Assembly: GCA_951406725.2 (NCBI GenBank)
Contig: OX597814.1
Coordinates: 209,188,001 to 209,252,000, forward strand
From: Octopus vulgaris
Taxonomy: Eukaryota
Reading direction: 5' to 3'
DNA length: 64,000 nt
A program made the position numbers and the translations under genes. Of the stretch, positions 14,047 through 28,279 are shown one piece after another; within the stretch, counting starts at the first letter, position 1, and each line of letters opens with the position of its first letter. The notes beneath the pieces were generated by a model that was not told the DNA's origin, made no database searches, and saw only the letters and a program-made list of their open reading frames with translations.

Positions 14047-14107
<61 letters not shown>

Positions 14108-14134
14108 CATTATTATTATTATTATTATTATTTT

Positions 14135-14585
14135 CATATACACTCAACAGATTAGACTGCTGGAAAAGAAAAGAATCCTAACATCGAGCTACATGTAACC
14201 TTAGATGCCAAGAACCCTCCTAAGTATCCTAGCTGTCCCTAATAACCCTGTTTTCTGGGGCTGTACTAAACTGGGTTTCATGTCTATTTCCTCTATCCAT
14301 CTGTTCAGATCTTTAGGGATAGTTCCCAATGGATTTATAACAACTGGGATACATTTTACCCGCACTTTCCATAGTCTCTGTAATTCAATAGCTAGGTCTG
14401 ATATTTTTCTATTTTTCTATACCTCTCATATTAATTTTTTCATCATTTGGGATTGTAAAGTCAATTATCTGACACTTTCTATTCTCTTTATCTACCTCTA
14501 CTAAATCAGGCTCTTTAGCATCTATTACTCTGTCAGTCTGAATGTTAAAGTCCCACAACATCTTGTATTTCTTACTTTCTTGTGG
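14135..14585 (-). pseudogene. R4/Dong-like LINE 3' end (RLE domain)
   Basis: LLWDFNIQTDRVIDAKEPDLV...IIDFTIP...DLAIELQRLW...IPVVI..LGTIPK...LLGTARILRRVL; flanked by (TAA)n. Confidence 0.88.
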
Positions 14586-14610
14586 GAAAAGGTGGCGCAG
14601 GAGTAGGAAG

Positions 14611-14696
<86 letters not shown>

Positions 14697-14697
<1 letters not shown>

Positions 14698-15340
14698 GTT
14701 GCCTTTGCACAGCTTCTAACGCTGGAGATGTACTACAGTGTCAGCTGTTCACTACCAGTGAACTAAGGTAACACCTCTTATTTTTCGAGCACCTTCCGGA
14801 GTATTCGAGCTGTTCCAATCAGTACTGTTTTCTGCAAGTGCTCCACCCTTATTGAACCCCCTATTTGTTCCACGTACTTCTCGAGATTTTTGCTCACTGT
14901 TCCTAGAGCTCCGACTATTATTGGTAATATTGCTACCTTTTTCATCGACCACAACTGCTTAACTTCCCAAGCTAACCTGTAATATATCTCGACTTTTCTT
15001 TCTTCCTTATCGCATACCTTGTTGTCAGCTGGGCATGCTATATCTATGATCCAGCATAGTTTATTTTCTTTCTAAAATGAGACTATGTCTAGCTTCCTAT
15101 TCTCTATCTCATGGTCGCAATGAATCATAAAATCCCATAAGATCTTTGCATTTCTATTTTCGACGATGCCTTCAGGTTTGTGGTCGTACCAGTTTTTTTG
15201 CTCTATCAAGTCCATACTTGTTGCAAAGTGTCCAATGGACAAGCCTGGCTATATTGTCGCTGCGTCTCTTATATTCCTTCTGGGCTAGTGGCGTACATTG
15301 GCTGGTAATATGCCATACGGTTTCCCCATTTTCCCCACAT
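14697..15340 (-). pseudogene. R4/Dong-like LINE 3' end (CCHC knuckle + RLE)
   Basis: GENGETVWHITSQC-PLAQKEYKRR-DNIARLVHW, then a decayed RLE; flanked by (TAA)n. Confidence 0.85.
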
Positions 15341-15345
15341 CATCA

Positions 15346-15423
<78 letters not shown>

Positions 15424-15424
15424 G

Positions 15425-16130
<706 letters not shown>

Positions 16131-16132
16131 CA

Positions 16133-16400
<268 letters not shown>

Positions 16401-16885
16401 GATACTTGAATGTTGAATGTTGAATGTCTTCTACGATAATTGACAACCAGGTACCAAAGCTTACAATGCGAGGAAAGAGACCCTGTGAGACGTCTGACAA
16501 CTGGCTGCTGTCCGCTCTCACAGAATCAACCAAAGCAAACGAGACCGAGCGCGCTGAGAAGCAAAGCAGCAACAACAACAACAACAACAACAACATATAT
16601 ATATATATATCATATATCATTTATATATATACGACAAGAATTCTTAATCACCGTCTCTTTTATGACAACAAACTCTTCATCCGACAGATGTGTACAGCAT
16701 GTCTGCAGACTAGTAACAAGACTGGCGTTTTATGCATAATTTAAGCATGGTTTAATACGGTTTAATTGCATGGAGCGTAAGTGAAATTTCATCAATCAAG
16801 AAAGTGAGTGAAAGTCCCATACAATATGTGTAGGTGTGAGAGAGAGAGAGAGAAATGAAGAGACAGACAGACAAATAGACAAAAT

Positions 16886-16919
<34 letters not shown>

Positions 16920-18239
16920 AGGGCAAGGAGAGACAGAGAGCAATTAGTGAAGCGACAGAGAGGGACAGAATTTATTTCCCACTTAAGACATTACATAATT
17001 CTCATGAGCATTTAGTGTTAGTGCGATCGATCTACCTAAATAGAAAGAAAAAAAAATAACCAAGAGAAACAAAAGCAAAACAAGAACGAAACTAATACGG
17101 TACTAACATGTTCGAAAGCTATTTTTAAGAGAGAACAAGCGACTGTAGATTTTCTATAGTGAAAGATTAGCATACGTCTTGAGGCCTCTTGAAAGCTATA
17201 ACATTGTTCTGTTTCATAAATGACATTTTTATGTAACGAAATGGAGGACAATTATAATTATGATCCAGTCTGAAAGCTTCTCTATCTTGTACATCTTTGT
17301 AAAATGCTTTTCAATCGTATTTTGTTTTATTTTTGTTCAGTAACGTTATTTTCCAACTAAGAAAGTATACTGATTTCTTTCGAAAGATATTAAGCAATTT
17401 TAAGCTTTCCTTGTCAACTATAAACGTATTAGATTATATTCTAGCTTAAAAACATTGTTCTCTATCAGTTCCTACTTGTGTTCACTATTTTGGTGGTTCA
17501 ATTTTTTATGACCGTCTTTCCTCAAAGTATTTTATTGTTAGTAGTTATATAATTCACTACTTCTCACATAGCACAGAAAAATTATTGCTCATACAATGTT
17601 CTGTCCTATGCTATATCCTGCATTTATCGTGTTCTGCTTTTTGTTAATGTTGTTTATTGATTCGTCTGTAAAGTCGAGACAGTGCACAATACCTTATCCA
17701 CACCTTTTTTTAAACGACTTCCTAGACTAAATCATAGTAATAACTGGGTTCAAATGTTTATTGTTGTAGTTTGATCGTAGAAATTGAGTTTATAGACAGA
17801 CGTAGTTAAGGGAAAATCTGATTATGGAAATTAATAACTTCTCTCATTATTCTACAACGTTTGCCACAAATATAGCTATATACTTTACTTTCTTACTTTG
17901 ATCTATATTGGCTATGTCGAAGATTATATTTGATATACAGAAATTTATATTTAAGCAATGTTAATATGTGTAAACATTAATGCTTTCAAGGGTCAGTGGC
18001 TGGTTTTGGCTTCATGGAATTAAGAGGGTGAAAGACAACCGCCACAAATCACAAATCAGGCACTTATATTCCTAGATGATTCGGTAAATCTCCCCGATAT
18101 AGGCAGATTGAAATACTGTAGAATAATGCATCTTAACCAGAAATGCGACACACCCCAGCAGCAGATTTGAATTCACAATCCCTAAGTGAGTAATGCGTTA
18201 CCTGATTCTAAAGCTATTTCGTTTTTATGATCTGGCGTA

Positions 18240-18458
18240 ATAATGGTTTAAAATATTGGCACAAGGCAAGCAAATTCGAGGGAGGGCATAAGTCAATTAT
18301 GTCAACCCCAGTAGTCAACTAGTACTTATTTCATCGACCCAGAGAGGGTGAAAGGCAAAGTCGACCACGGCGTAATTTGAACTCAGAACGTAAAAACGGA
18401 TGAAATAACTCTAAGCATTTTCCTCGACGTGCTAAGGATTCTGCCACCTCACCGCCTT
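18240..18458 (-). mobile_element. Diverged SINE family A-related copy
   Basis: AGGCAAAGTCGACCACGGCGTAATTTGAACTCAGAACG. Confidence 0.75.
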
Positions 18459-18612
18459 TATAATAAGCTGGCGCAATAATTAGAGAAGGATTTTAATCTA
18501 GAACTTAGAGTGGGATCAAATAACGAAAAGTATTTTCCTGCCAATCTAACGCCCTCATACTCTGGAATACTAATACAATTAATAAGTTGGTTGTTTACTT
18601 TTAGGTATCACT

Positions 18613-18957
18613 GGAGGAGACCCCCCCTTTCGGTCATGAATGATCATGGGATTGATCTCACCTAGAAAGTTACCCTTTGAGGCACAAGATTGTTTGTGAA
18701 AGGCTAGTAGTCGCCCATGCATACCTGCCTCCCCTCTCCGCACCACTGATGTTATCCAAGGGAAAGATAAAGGCCGGTACAGCTTGGCACCAGTGATGTC
18801 GCAACACAGCTGAGTTAACTGGAGCAACGTGAAATAAAGTGTCTTGCTCAAGAACACAACACAACACAACACAACACACAGCCCGGTCCGGGAATCGAAC
18901 TCACAACCTCACGATTGTAAGCTCGACGCTCTAACCACTGAGCCATGCGCCTTCACT
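18613..18957 (-). mobile_element. tRNA-derived CORE-like SINE (family C)
   Basis: Head TGGCTCAGTGGTTAGAGC...GAGTTCGATTCCC, CTTGAGCAAGACACTTT core; TSD TAGGTATCACT. Confidence 0.88.
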
Positions 18958-19539
18958 AGGTATCACTAGAAAATCTAAGAATATATATATATTCGTCTTT
19001 TTTAAACATCTCAGATGAATTAGTTATTCTAGTTTCTACACTACACCTATTTAGTCAGAAAACAACGACTATATTCGAAATACTGTTGTAAATAAACAAG
19101 GGACACACAAATAGACTAATATCTGATGCACATCATAAAGTAATATTCGTTCGAGGTCAGGTAGCAAAACTAAAAGTAAAAATCATTAAAGAGTTATTTT
19201 AACGTTTAGTCATTTGTTTTTTTCAGGGTCTCTGCGACAGGCGCAAGGAACAAGGAGGTTATTCCTCAAACTAGCGATAACAAATATCACAAGGCAACTC
19301 ACACAATGCTCTGACATTTCTGCCCATCCTCCATCCTTTATTAGCCCTGAAAGGATAAAAGGTAAGCTTACTTGAGCAGCGAATTTGAACTTCGTTCAGA
19401 GAGAGTCGGAACAAAGCAGAAGCGACTTCGTCTTATGCTCTAGCGATTCAACCAAATTCATCATGCTTGTAACTTTACTATGTCTTTCATCCTATCTTTG
19501 ATTTTTTTGTGTACTCGGTTAAATTTTACACACACACAC

Positions 19540-19605
<66 letters not shown>

Positions 19606-19894
19606 GCAGACACACACACACACATACACACTCACTTATAGGTGCTCGCACTTCTTTTTTAACCAATATAGGTTAAGAACGATTTTTCAACTTTGACAAA
19701 ATATCACAAATTTATATTTGGCGTAGAATCGATTGAATCGAATCTAGTGTATTTGTAGTGATTCTTTTATCTATCCTTGGTAGATGAAAGGCAGTGTCGA
19801 CTTCGGTAAGATTTGATGTATTCACTTAGATGGACGGAACTAAACGCTGCAGGGTATTTAGCTTCTCTCTAAAGTGTCTAGCAGTGCACCGCCA

Positions 19895-20082
19895 TCGCGT
19901 GGTTGTGTGGCTGTGAAGTTCATTTCGCAACCAAATGGTTCCGGGTTCATTCCCAAAGCAGGGTACTTTGGAAAAGTGTTTTTTTACCATAGCTACAATA
20001 AAGCCGGGCTGACCAAAGTATTGTAAGGTAATTTGGTAGGGGGAAGCAGTGTAAGAGCCCGTCACACACACACACACACACA
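19895..20082 (+). mobile_element. Partial diverged SINE family B
   Basis: AACCAAATGGTTCCGGGTTCATTCCCA. Confidence 0.6.
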
Positions 20083-20744
20083 CTAAAGTTGTCAAGAACT
20101 CAACTGTCAGTTAAACACATTTGAAATTTGATGAGTACACTATAAATGAAAGTGCTAATTTTGTTAAAATACCATAATGAAAAAATGTGAAAACCAAATT
20201 ATGCTTTAACTTTATTCAACTTATATATTATTCAACATATATTAGTAATTTTAATATTTCTATTATTGAAAACAAGTGGATGTATTCCACTGAAACTAGG
20301 TAAATAAAGCCTTCGAACTGGGACGATCAATAGCGATACCTGCAAGTCTGACTACGCTGCATTGATAAGGGGCAACAACCCTGAATCATGTCTGTAGCTG
20401 TCTGACTGGCAGGATGAAGCGGCTGACCTCCCTTGTTCGAAGGTTTATAATGGACGCAGGTTGTGTGTCAAATAGCTAGCTTGAGGCGGTAGCCTCTTGG
20501 AACTAATCAGCGACAGCTTTAGTCTTATATTTATAAGACTGCCATATTAGTATGGCGATAACTATTATATACACAGAATTATATAGGAATGCCTACATAT
20601 ATACAAAAGCATATATACGCAAACATAGACATGCACCCACACATAGTAAACATGTTTTAATAAAATATATTAATTAAACATTTCAAAACCAACGTTTTTT
20701 TCTGAACCAGAACGAAATTTACGGAGGCTTGTATTTACAAAAAG

Positions 20745-21545
20745 TATACTTATCCGCGTACATACGCGACGCTAACAGTTCAGTTCTTTTGGTCAAACTA
20801 TTACTGTTTTGAGACAAAATCCTCAGATTTTCGTTCAAAGGTTATAAGCCTTCTCTGATTTTTAAGTTCTAGTTCCAGTATGGTTGGGCACTATCTACAA
20901 TGCAACAGTAATTTTTAATTCGTTGGTACTTGTCTCACGCAAGAACCATATAAACTTCGACAAAACCGTAACACACTTTCTATAGGGGATGATAAATGAA
21001 TGCTTGTGCTTGTAATAACGGTTTTTGAATGTGAGTTCCTTTGCAGCAATATATGCTTTAGATTCATCTTTATTGGATGGAAGCACTCCGTCGGTTACGA
21101 CGACGAGGGTTCCGGTTGATCCGAATCAACGGAACAGCCTGCTCGTGAAATTAACGTGTAAGTGGCTGAGCACTCCACAGACACGTGTACCCTTAACGTA
21201 GTTCTCGGGGATATTCAGCGTGACACAGAGAGTGACAAGGCCGGCCCCTTGAAATACAGGTACAACAGAAACAGGAAGTAAGAGTTGAGAGAAAGTTGTA
21301 GTGAAAGAGTACAGCAGGGATCACCACCATCCCAGCCGGAGCCTCGTGGAGCTTTTAGGTGTTTTCGCTCAATAAACACTCAGAACGCCCGGTCTGGGAA
21401 TCGAAACCGCGATCCTATGACCGCGAGTCCGCTGCCCTAACCACTGGGCCATTGCACCTCCACTCATCTTTATTATGAACCTTGGCGCTGACATTTACCG
21501 TCTAGTGGGTATTCCTCACGAATTTTACAGTTGCATGACCTTTGT
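20745..21545 (-). pseudogene. Penelope-like element (Naiad-type) GIY-YIG endonuclease fragment, split by a SINE
   Basis: SCNCKIREEYPLDGKC ... KAYIAAKELTFKNRYYKHKHSF...TVLSKFIWFL ... LTKRTELL. Confidence 0.75.
21075..21463 (-). mobile_element. tRNA-derived SINE inserted in the PLE fragment
   Basis: Head TGGCCCAGTGGTTAGGGCAG...GGTTTCGATTCCC; TSD TCATCTTTATT. Confidence 0.88.
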
Positions 21546-21889
21546 TACTTAGCTGCTTGCATCTCTCTTCCATTCAGCTTGAAGCAGCCTTTTTTTTTGT
21601 ACTTCTTACTCACAAACTTTATAAAACTTAAGGATAAGCGTCTTCTTCAAACTTTTATTTCATATGTCAAAAAAATATCCAAACAGTGAAAATTTTCAAG
21701 AGAAAACAGAGATTCCGGTTAGCAGCTGATGATCGGATACGAGTTATTTTCTGACTACTGAAAATTGGAGACTTTCAGTCATAATACATTGAAGAATACA
21801 CTATATTTGACATAATTGCATTCAGTCTAGTAGTTTATCGCTTCGAGTGGATCAAGAGAGATTTATACACCGCCGAAACACAGACACAC

Positions 21890-22455
<566 letters not shown>

Positions 22456-22739
22456 CGTATGTATATGTATATAACGTGTGTGTGCGTGAGTTTTTGATGC
22501 TTGTTGCCTCACCAACAATAGTTACTTACGTACCGATTTGAAAGTAATAAATAATGGGGTCGATTTGACCAAATAAACCCATCAAAGTAGTGCTCCAGGA
22601 TGGCCACAGTTCAATGAATGAAATAAAAGAGCAAACGGATTATAAAATATACATACATACATTTATAATGTATATTTGTATATTATATATATGTTTGTAT
22701 ATTTTATGTGCGTATGTATGTATGTATGTAAGTATGTAT

Positions 22740-22983
<244 letters not shown>

Positions 22984-23312
22984 ATGTATGTGCATGTTTG
23001 GAATTATGTACTAAAAATACGACTAAGTTTAAGGTTGATCTTTTTTTATTAGCAATTTCTTATATCTATTTTTTAGTCGTTTATGTTCGGTTTGGAACAA
23101 TAAACTTCCTTAAGCTTGTAACTATGGGTTGTATTACCGCAGTTTATTTTAAAATTTAGAATATGAAGATTTTGAAAGTTTACACTAAAGGATTTAGAAA
23201 CGCCTTTGTCCCAAATCCAAATCAAGCATGAAGGTTTAACAAAAAAATATAAAATATCCTCAATAAAAATGTGATAATACTTGAACATAGTCATATTATT
23301 AAATATAACGTA

Positions 23313-23571
23313 AAATAAAATAAATGCGCCCTTTTAAAGCCTAGCCATGCTCATGGGCCCGGTTTCCCGTTTTCTATGGCGTATGTGTTCCCCAGCTGGA
23401 TGGGACGCCTGTCCATCGCAGCGTTACTCATTTTTGCCAGCTGAGTGGACTGGAGCAACTTAAAATGAAGTGTTTTGCTCAAGAATACAACGCATCGCTC
23501 GGTCCAGGAATCGAAACCACACTCTTACGATCATGTTGCTGACACCCTAACCACTAAGCCACGCGCCTCCT
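23313..23571 (-). mobile_element. tRNA-derived CORE-like SINE
   Basis: TGGCTTAGTGGTTAGGG...GGTTTCGATTCCTGG, CTTGAGCAAAACACTT; TSD TAAATATAACGTA. Confidence 0.85.
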
Positions 23572-23613
23572 CTAAATATAACGTATTTGATTAAAATAGA
23601 TGTTCCATATTTA

Positions 23614-24010
23614 CAATGGTCGTGTGGTAAGAAGTTTGCCTCCCAACCATATGGTTTCGGGTTCAGTCCCACTGCTTGGCACTTTGAACGAGTGTCTTCC
23701 ACAATAGACCCGAACCGAAAAAGCTTTGTGGGTAGATTTGGTAGACGGAAACTGAAAGAAAACGGTCGTATATGTATGTGCATATAGAATTATGTGTGTG
23801 TGTATGAGTATGTGTTTGTGCATATTCACACCGCTCAATAACCGGTGTTGGTTTGTTTACATCCACGTAAAATTACGGTTCGGTCTGAGAAAGAGATAGA
23901 ATAAGAACCAGACCTAAAAACAAAATAATTTTTGGGATTGATTTTTTTTCTACCAAAATTCTTCAAAGTTGGTGTCTCATCATAGCCGCAGTCCAATGAC
24001 TGAAACAAGG
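23614..24010 (+). mobile_element. Diverged SINE family B
   Basis: GGGTTCAGTCCCACTGC...GATTTGGTAGACGGAAACTGAAAGAA...ATGACTGAAACAAG. Confidence 0.8.
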
Positions 24011-24459
24011 GAAAAACACAGGTACACGCGTGTGCATTAAATAGAGGGACAAATATATAGATGGATAGATATGTTTCTTTATTAGCCACACAGGGCTGCA
24101 CACAGACGGGATAGATTACAAAGTAGAGCTTTTCGTTTTTTGGGGAAAAAAAAGGTGGGATAGGTTTTCGATCAAAAGGGATCGTAAAGGGGAAAGAAGA
24201 AAAAAAAAAGGAAAAGAAACAAAAGAAAAAAATATAGATGGATAGATAGATAGATAAGGTGACGAATAGATATTGAGAACAAATGCTAGCTAGTTTAAAT
24301 ATTGAGTGAAGATATTTTTATGAATTAAAATTATGCCCAGAGAGTTGAGAAAAAAATCATTATCTTAGTGATTGATTTTGGTCAAGAAATGCAGTGGAAG
24401 ACAATCTTGGAATTAAAATGAAGTAAATTAAATGTGATGAGAGAGTTTGAGCCTTGGTA

Positions 24460-24608
24460 GTACCTATTTCTTTATTACCCACAAGGGGTTAAACATAGAG
24501 GGGACAAACAAGGACAGACATAGGTATTAAGTCGATTACATCGACCCCAGTGCTTAACTGATACTTAATTTATCAACCCTGAAAGGATGAAAGGCAAAGT
24601 CGACCTTG
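24460..24608 (-). mobile_element. 5'-truncated SINE family A
   Basis: Matches the family A 3' half. Confidence 0.85.
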
Positions 24609-24916
24609 GCGACCGAGTCAACTCTGTACGTGGTTTGTTCTCATTTGTCCTCATCAGCGAAGCTTAGTCCGGTCTTATTAGTAGATATGAGAATGTTGAG
24701 AGAGAGAGAGCGAAAGAGAGCGAGAGAAAGAAAGACAGAGAGAAATAGATGGGCGGGACAGAGATTCAAGATTTTTGGGGATGGTCATTGAGTGGCGTGA
24801 TAAGATATTATAGTGATTGGTGATTGCTCTATCCTCACAGTTGTTTGCCGTCTCTTTAAGCTTCCTCATCCTCAATGGCATTTCTGACTTTCTGTCTTTG
24901 ACTTTTCAAATTAGTA

Positions 24917-25342
24917 TAGGCGCAGGAGTGGCTGTGTGGTAAGTAGCATGCTAACCAACCACATGGTTCCGGGTTCAGTCCCACTGCGTGGCATCTTGGG
25001 CAAGTGTCTTCTGCTATAGCCTCGGGCCGACCAAAGCCTTGTGAGTGGATTTGGTAGACGGAAGCTGAAAGAAGCCTGTCATATATATGTATATATATAT
25101 ATGTATGTATCTGTGTGTATATGTTTGTGTGTCTGTGTTTGTCCCCCTAGCATTGCTTGACAACCGATGCTGGTGTGTTTACGTCCCCGTCACTTGCGGT
25201 TCGGCAAAAGAGATCGATAGAATAAGTACTGGGCTTACAAAAGAATAAGTCCCGGGGTAGATTTGCTCGACTAAAGGCGGTGCTCCAGCATGGCCGCAGT
25301 CAAATGACTGAAACAAGTAAAAGAGTAAAAGAGTAAAAGAGT
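24917..25342 (+). mobile_element. SINE family B (tRNA-derived, internal microsatellite, (GAGTAAAA)n tail)
   Basis: GGCGCAGGAGTGGCTGTGTGGTAAG...CTTGGGCAAGTGTCTT; near-identical copies elsewhere in the window. Confidence 0.93.
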
Positions 25343-25457
25343 ATTCCGGTCCTCTGTTTCGTAACTGCGCTTCCAACTGATTAGGTTTGTACATGTCATC
25401 ACTCTCCTATTGCTATAGGAATTTCAGTAGATGGAACGATAAATAACAAATAAAGTC

Positions 25458-25905
25458 GGATCTTTTCGGTTTGAACGGCTGTTTTTTAAAACGATTTCCA
25501 CGTAACTAAACACTTTTAAACTTCGTTTACTGGTAGAATGTGTTTATAAAACATCTTTTTCTCTTGGCTTTATTGAGAAAATTCCAGAGTTTGTAAGATA
25601 TTTGTTGCTTTTTCTTTTCAATTTCTGCAATTTCAACCAATCAATGACGTCCATTGAGGTGAAAACATTCTGTGCCGTATGAAAATGTCCCTCGTTTAAG
25701 AAACAGATTGGGTTTATTTACATTTCTGAAGAAAAAAGATACCCTTCCACCACCCCTAACCCAAACCCAAACCCTAACTAACATTAAATAACCCTAACCC
25801 TAAAATAGATTGAAATGCAATAGATCGATACTAGGGTCATAATTATGGGTGACAATTTCTTATAACACCGCTAGAAAAAAACTGCTGTTCAAACCGATAA
25901 GATCC
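25458..25905. mobile_element. Non-autonomous TIR element with internal (CCCTAA)-like repeats
   Basis: ~30-bp TIRs GGATCTTTTCGGTTTGAACGGCTGTTTTTT / AAAAAACTGCTGTTCAAACCGATAAGATCC. Confidence 0.8.
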
Positions 25906-26679
25906 ATGAAGTCACCATAAAGAGACAGCTGTACGTTAATAGACTATAGGATAAACACTTGTGCAAAATGAGTACACTCTCTAAGTCCCTGTGATTAGTT
26001 ACTAGTAACAGGTGAAAGCGAGATGACCAGCAATTACATGCAACCGCAGTTTTTTTACAGCGGAGAGTTCCTCTCCTGGCAGGACGCTGTGAAAACAGCT
26101 AGGGGATCCCTCACTTCCGGTGGATTTTAAATTTACATGATAATTAATCCATAGTTGGGATTCTGGTAGGTGCTACTACTTTGGGTCTGAGTAGACCTGG
26201 GAACAGTATTGGCAACGAAGTGATTTCACACTCATCAAAACTCTGGAATTCTCGAAGCAGGGCCCCACTACCGGATACCATTTAAAGTTTTAACCAGGAC
26301 ACATAAGATAGTATACATACATACATATACATATATACATGTACCTCTTTGTTAGTCACTTATATATATATGAGAGAAAGTTGGTGTGTGAAAGCACGTG
26401 GTTGGATATATAGAAAATAGTAAAAAGTGAAAAAACGACAGAAGGCTTGTTTTATAAGGTTAAAGAATATATTTGAGTCATTATGTTGGAAGAATGTTAT
26501 AAAATCGTTCATACAGTAACATAGTTTTTGAAGAAATTACTGGTTTCGTGTTAACTTTTCAAATTTCTCAAGTGTCTTTACCTACATCATGTTATGTCTT
26601 CGTTATGAAGTGCAAAGAAGAGTTATATATATATATAATATGTATTATATATTATATATATATATGTGTGTGTGTGTGC

Positions 26680-26975
26680 GAAAGGATTGCCGCGTAGAAG
26701 ACGTTAGTTAGTCATTCAGAAACTCTCAAAGACTGTTAACGTTACTTAAACATATATTATTTGTAATAAGGTGTCAAAGTTTTCGTCGCTCGAAGCTGCG
26801 ACTTGGTCTCTAAAAAACGTGTGCAGCACACGCTTGTCGGCGACCAGGTGGCAGTTTGTATCGACGAAGATTTTGACACTATATTACAAACAATAAGTAT
26901 TTTAGTGACGTTAACAGCCTTCGAGTAATACTAAATGTCTAACTCGTGTGTTTCTTCCACGCTGTAATCGTTTTA
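26680..26975. mobile_element. Old imperfect fold-back (MITE-like) element
   Basis: Arms pair throughout (CTGTTAACGTTACT/AGTGACGTTAACAG; GTGTCAAAG/TTTTGACAC); centre CGTGTGCAGCACACG. Confidence 0.75.
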
Positions 26976-27083
26976 GTTTCAGCACAGGTACACGGACCAA
27001 AACTTTTGTCTGAGTAAGAGTAGAGATAGAGTTAAGAGTCGCACAATAACTAAAACGTTAAATAAATAAATTTAAACTTTAAA

Positions 27084-27508
27084 TAGGCGCAGGAGTATCT
27101 GTGTGGTAAGTAGCTTGCTTACCAACCACATGGTTCCGGGTTCAGTCCCACTGCGTGGCACCTTGGGCGAGTGTCTTCTACTATAGCCTCGGGCCGACCA
27201 AAGCCTTGTGAGTGGATTTGGTAGACGGAAACTGAAAGAAGCCCGTCGTATATATGTATATATATATATATATGTGTGCATGTATGTTTGTGTGTATGTG
27301 TCTGTCCCCTTAGCATTGCTTGACAACCGATGCTGGTGTGTTTATGTCCCCGTCACTTAGCGGTTCGGCTTATAGAGACCGATAGAATAAGTACTGGGCT
27401 TACAAAGAATAAGTCCCCGGGTCGAGTTGCTCAACTGAAGGCGGTGCTCCAGCATGGCCGCAGTCAAATGACTGAAACAAGTAAAAGAGTAAAAGAGTAA
27501 AGAGTAAA
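27084..27508 (+). mobile_element. SINE family B
   Basis: Full-length copy. Confidence 0.93.
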
Positions 27509-27654
27509 TAAAACTTTAATAAATAAAACATAATAAATAAAACTTTAATGCAAGTTAATCTCCACACACACACACACACATACACACACATGCACACACA
27601 ATACATATTCCATCTGTGATCTTCTTTCTGTCAACATCTCATACTTAAGATCTC

Positions 27655-27746
27655 TTCCCTGAAGACGGAGGTTCGTCACATCCAACGACGGAATCGGTCT
27701 ACAAACATTATTTGGGACCACCGAGCCCCAAGAAACAGCTGTTGAA
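27655..27746 (+). ncRNA. Type-I HHR-like motif with extended stem II
   Basis: TTCC-CTGAAGA...(~66-nt structured insert)...GAAA-CAGCTG-TT-GAA. Confidence 0.55.
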
Positions 27747-27953
27747 TTTGTAATACTTTTCTTCAACACCTTTAATTCTTGATATCATTTCTATTATGTG
27801 TAAGCCGGACTTTTTTGCATGCAAATATATGTACATTTTTTTGTATTTCATGTATTTAATATACTTTATATATTGACCTGCCTAACTTGCTTATTGTTAC
27901 ATTTATTTTTCTTATCCTCAAGTTTAAACCTCTTGAGCACTACGAAGTATATT

Positions 27954-28002
<49 letters not shown>

Positions 28003-28279
28003 TCTGTATATGTATAAGTGTGCGTCTGAGCATTTATGTATGTGTGTATGTGCATACATATATGTATGCATATATATTAGACAAAATGAGATGACAAAGC
28101 CAAGGCTATGAGATTTTAGGATATTTATAAGGAAAATGATATATAGTCTTACAGCTGTTTCTGGGATATTATGGATATCCCTTCTTATTCACTCCTTACC
28201 TTCTCATCTCTTCCTATTTCTTCCCCACTCCTCTCCCATTCTAACCCACTCCTCTCCCATTATACCCCACTCCTCTTAC

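Noticed and set aside
19226-19262. Micro-exon after TTTTTCAG
   Set aside because: Weak donor and no other exons or homology
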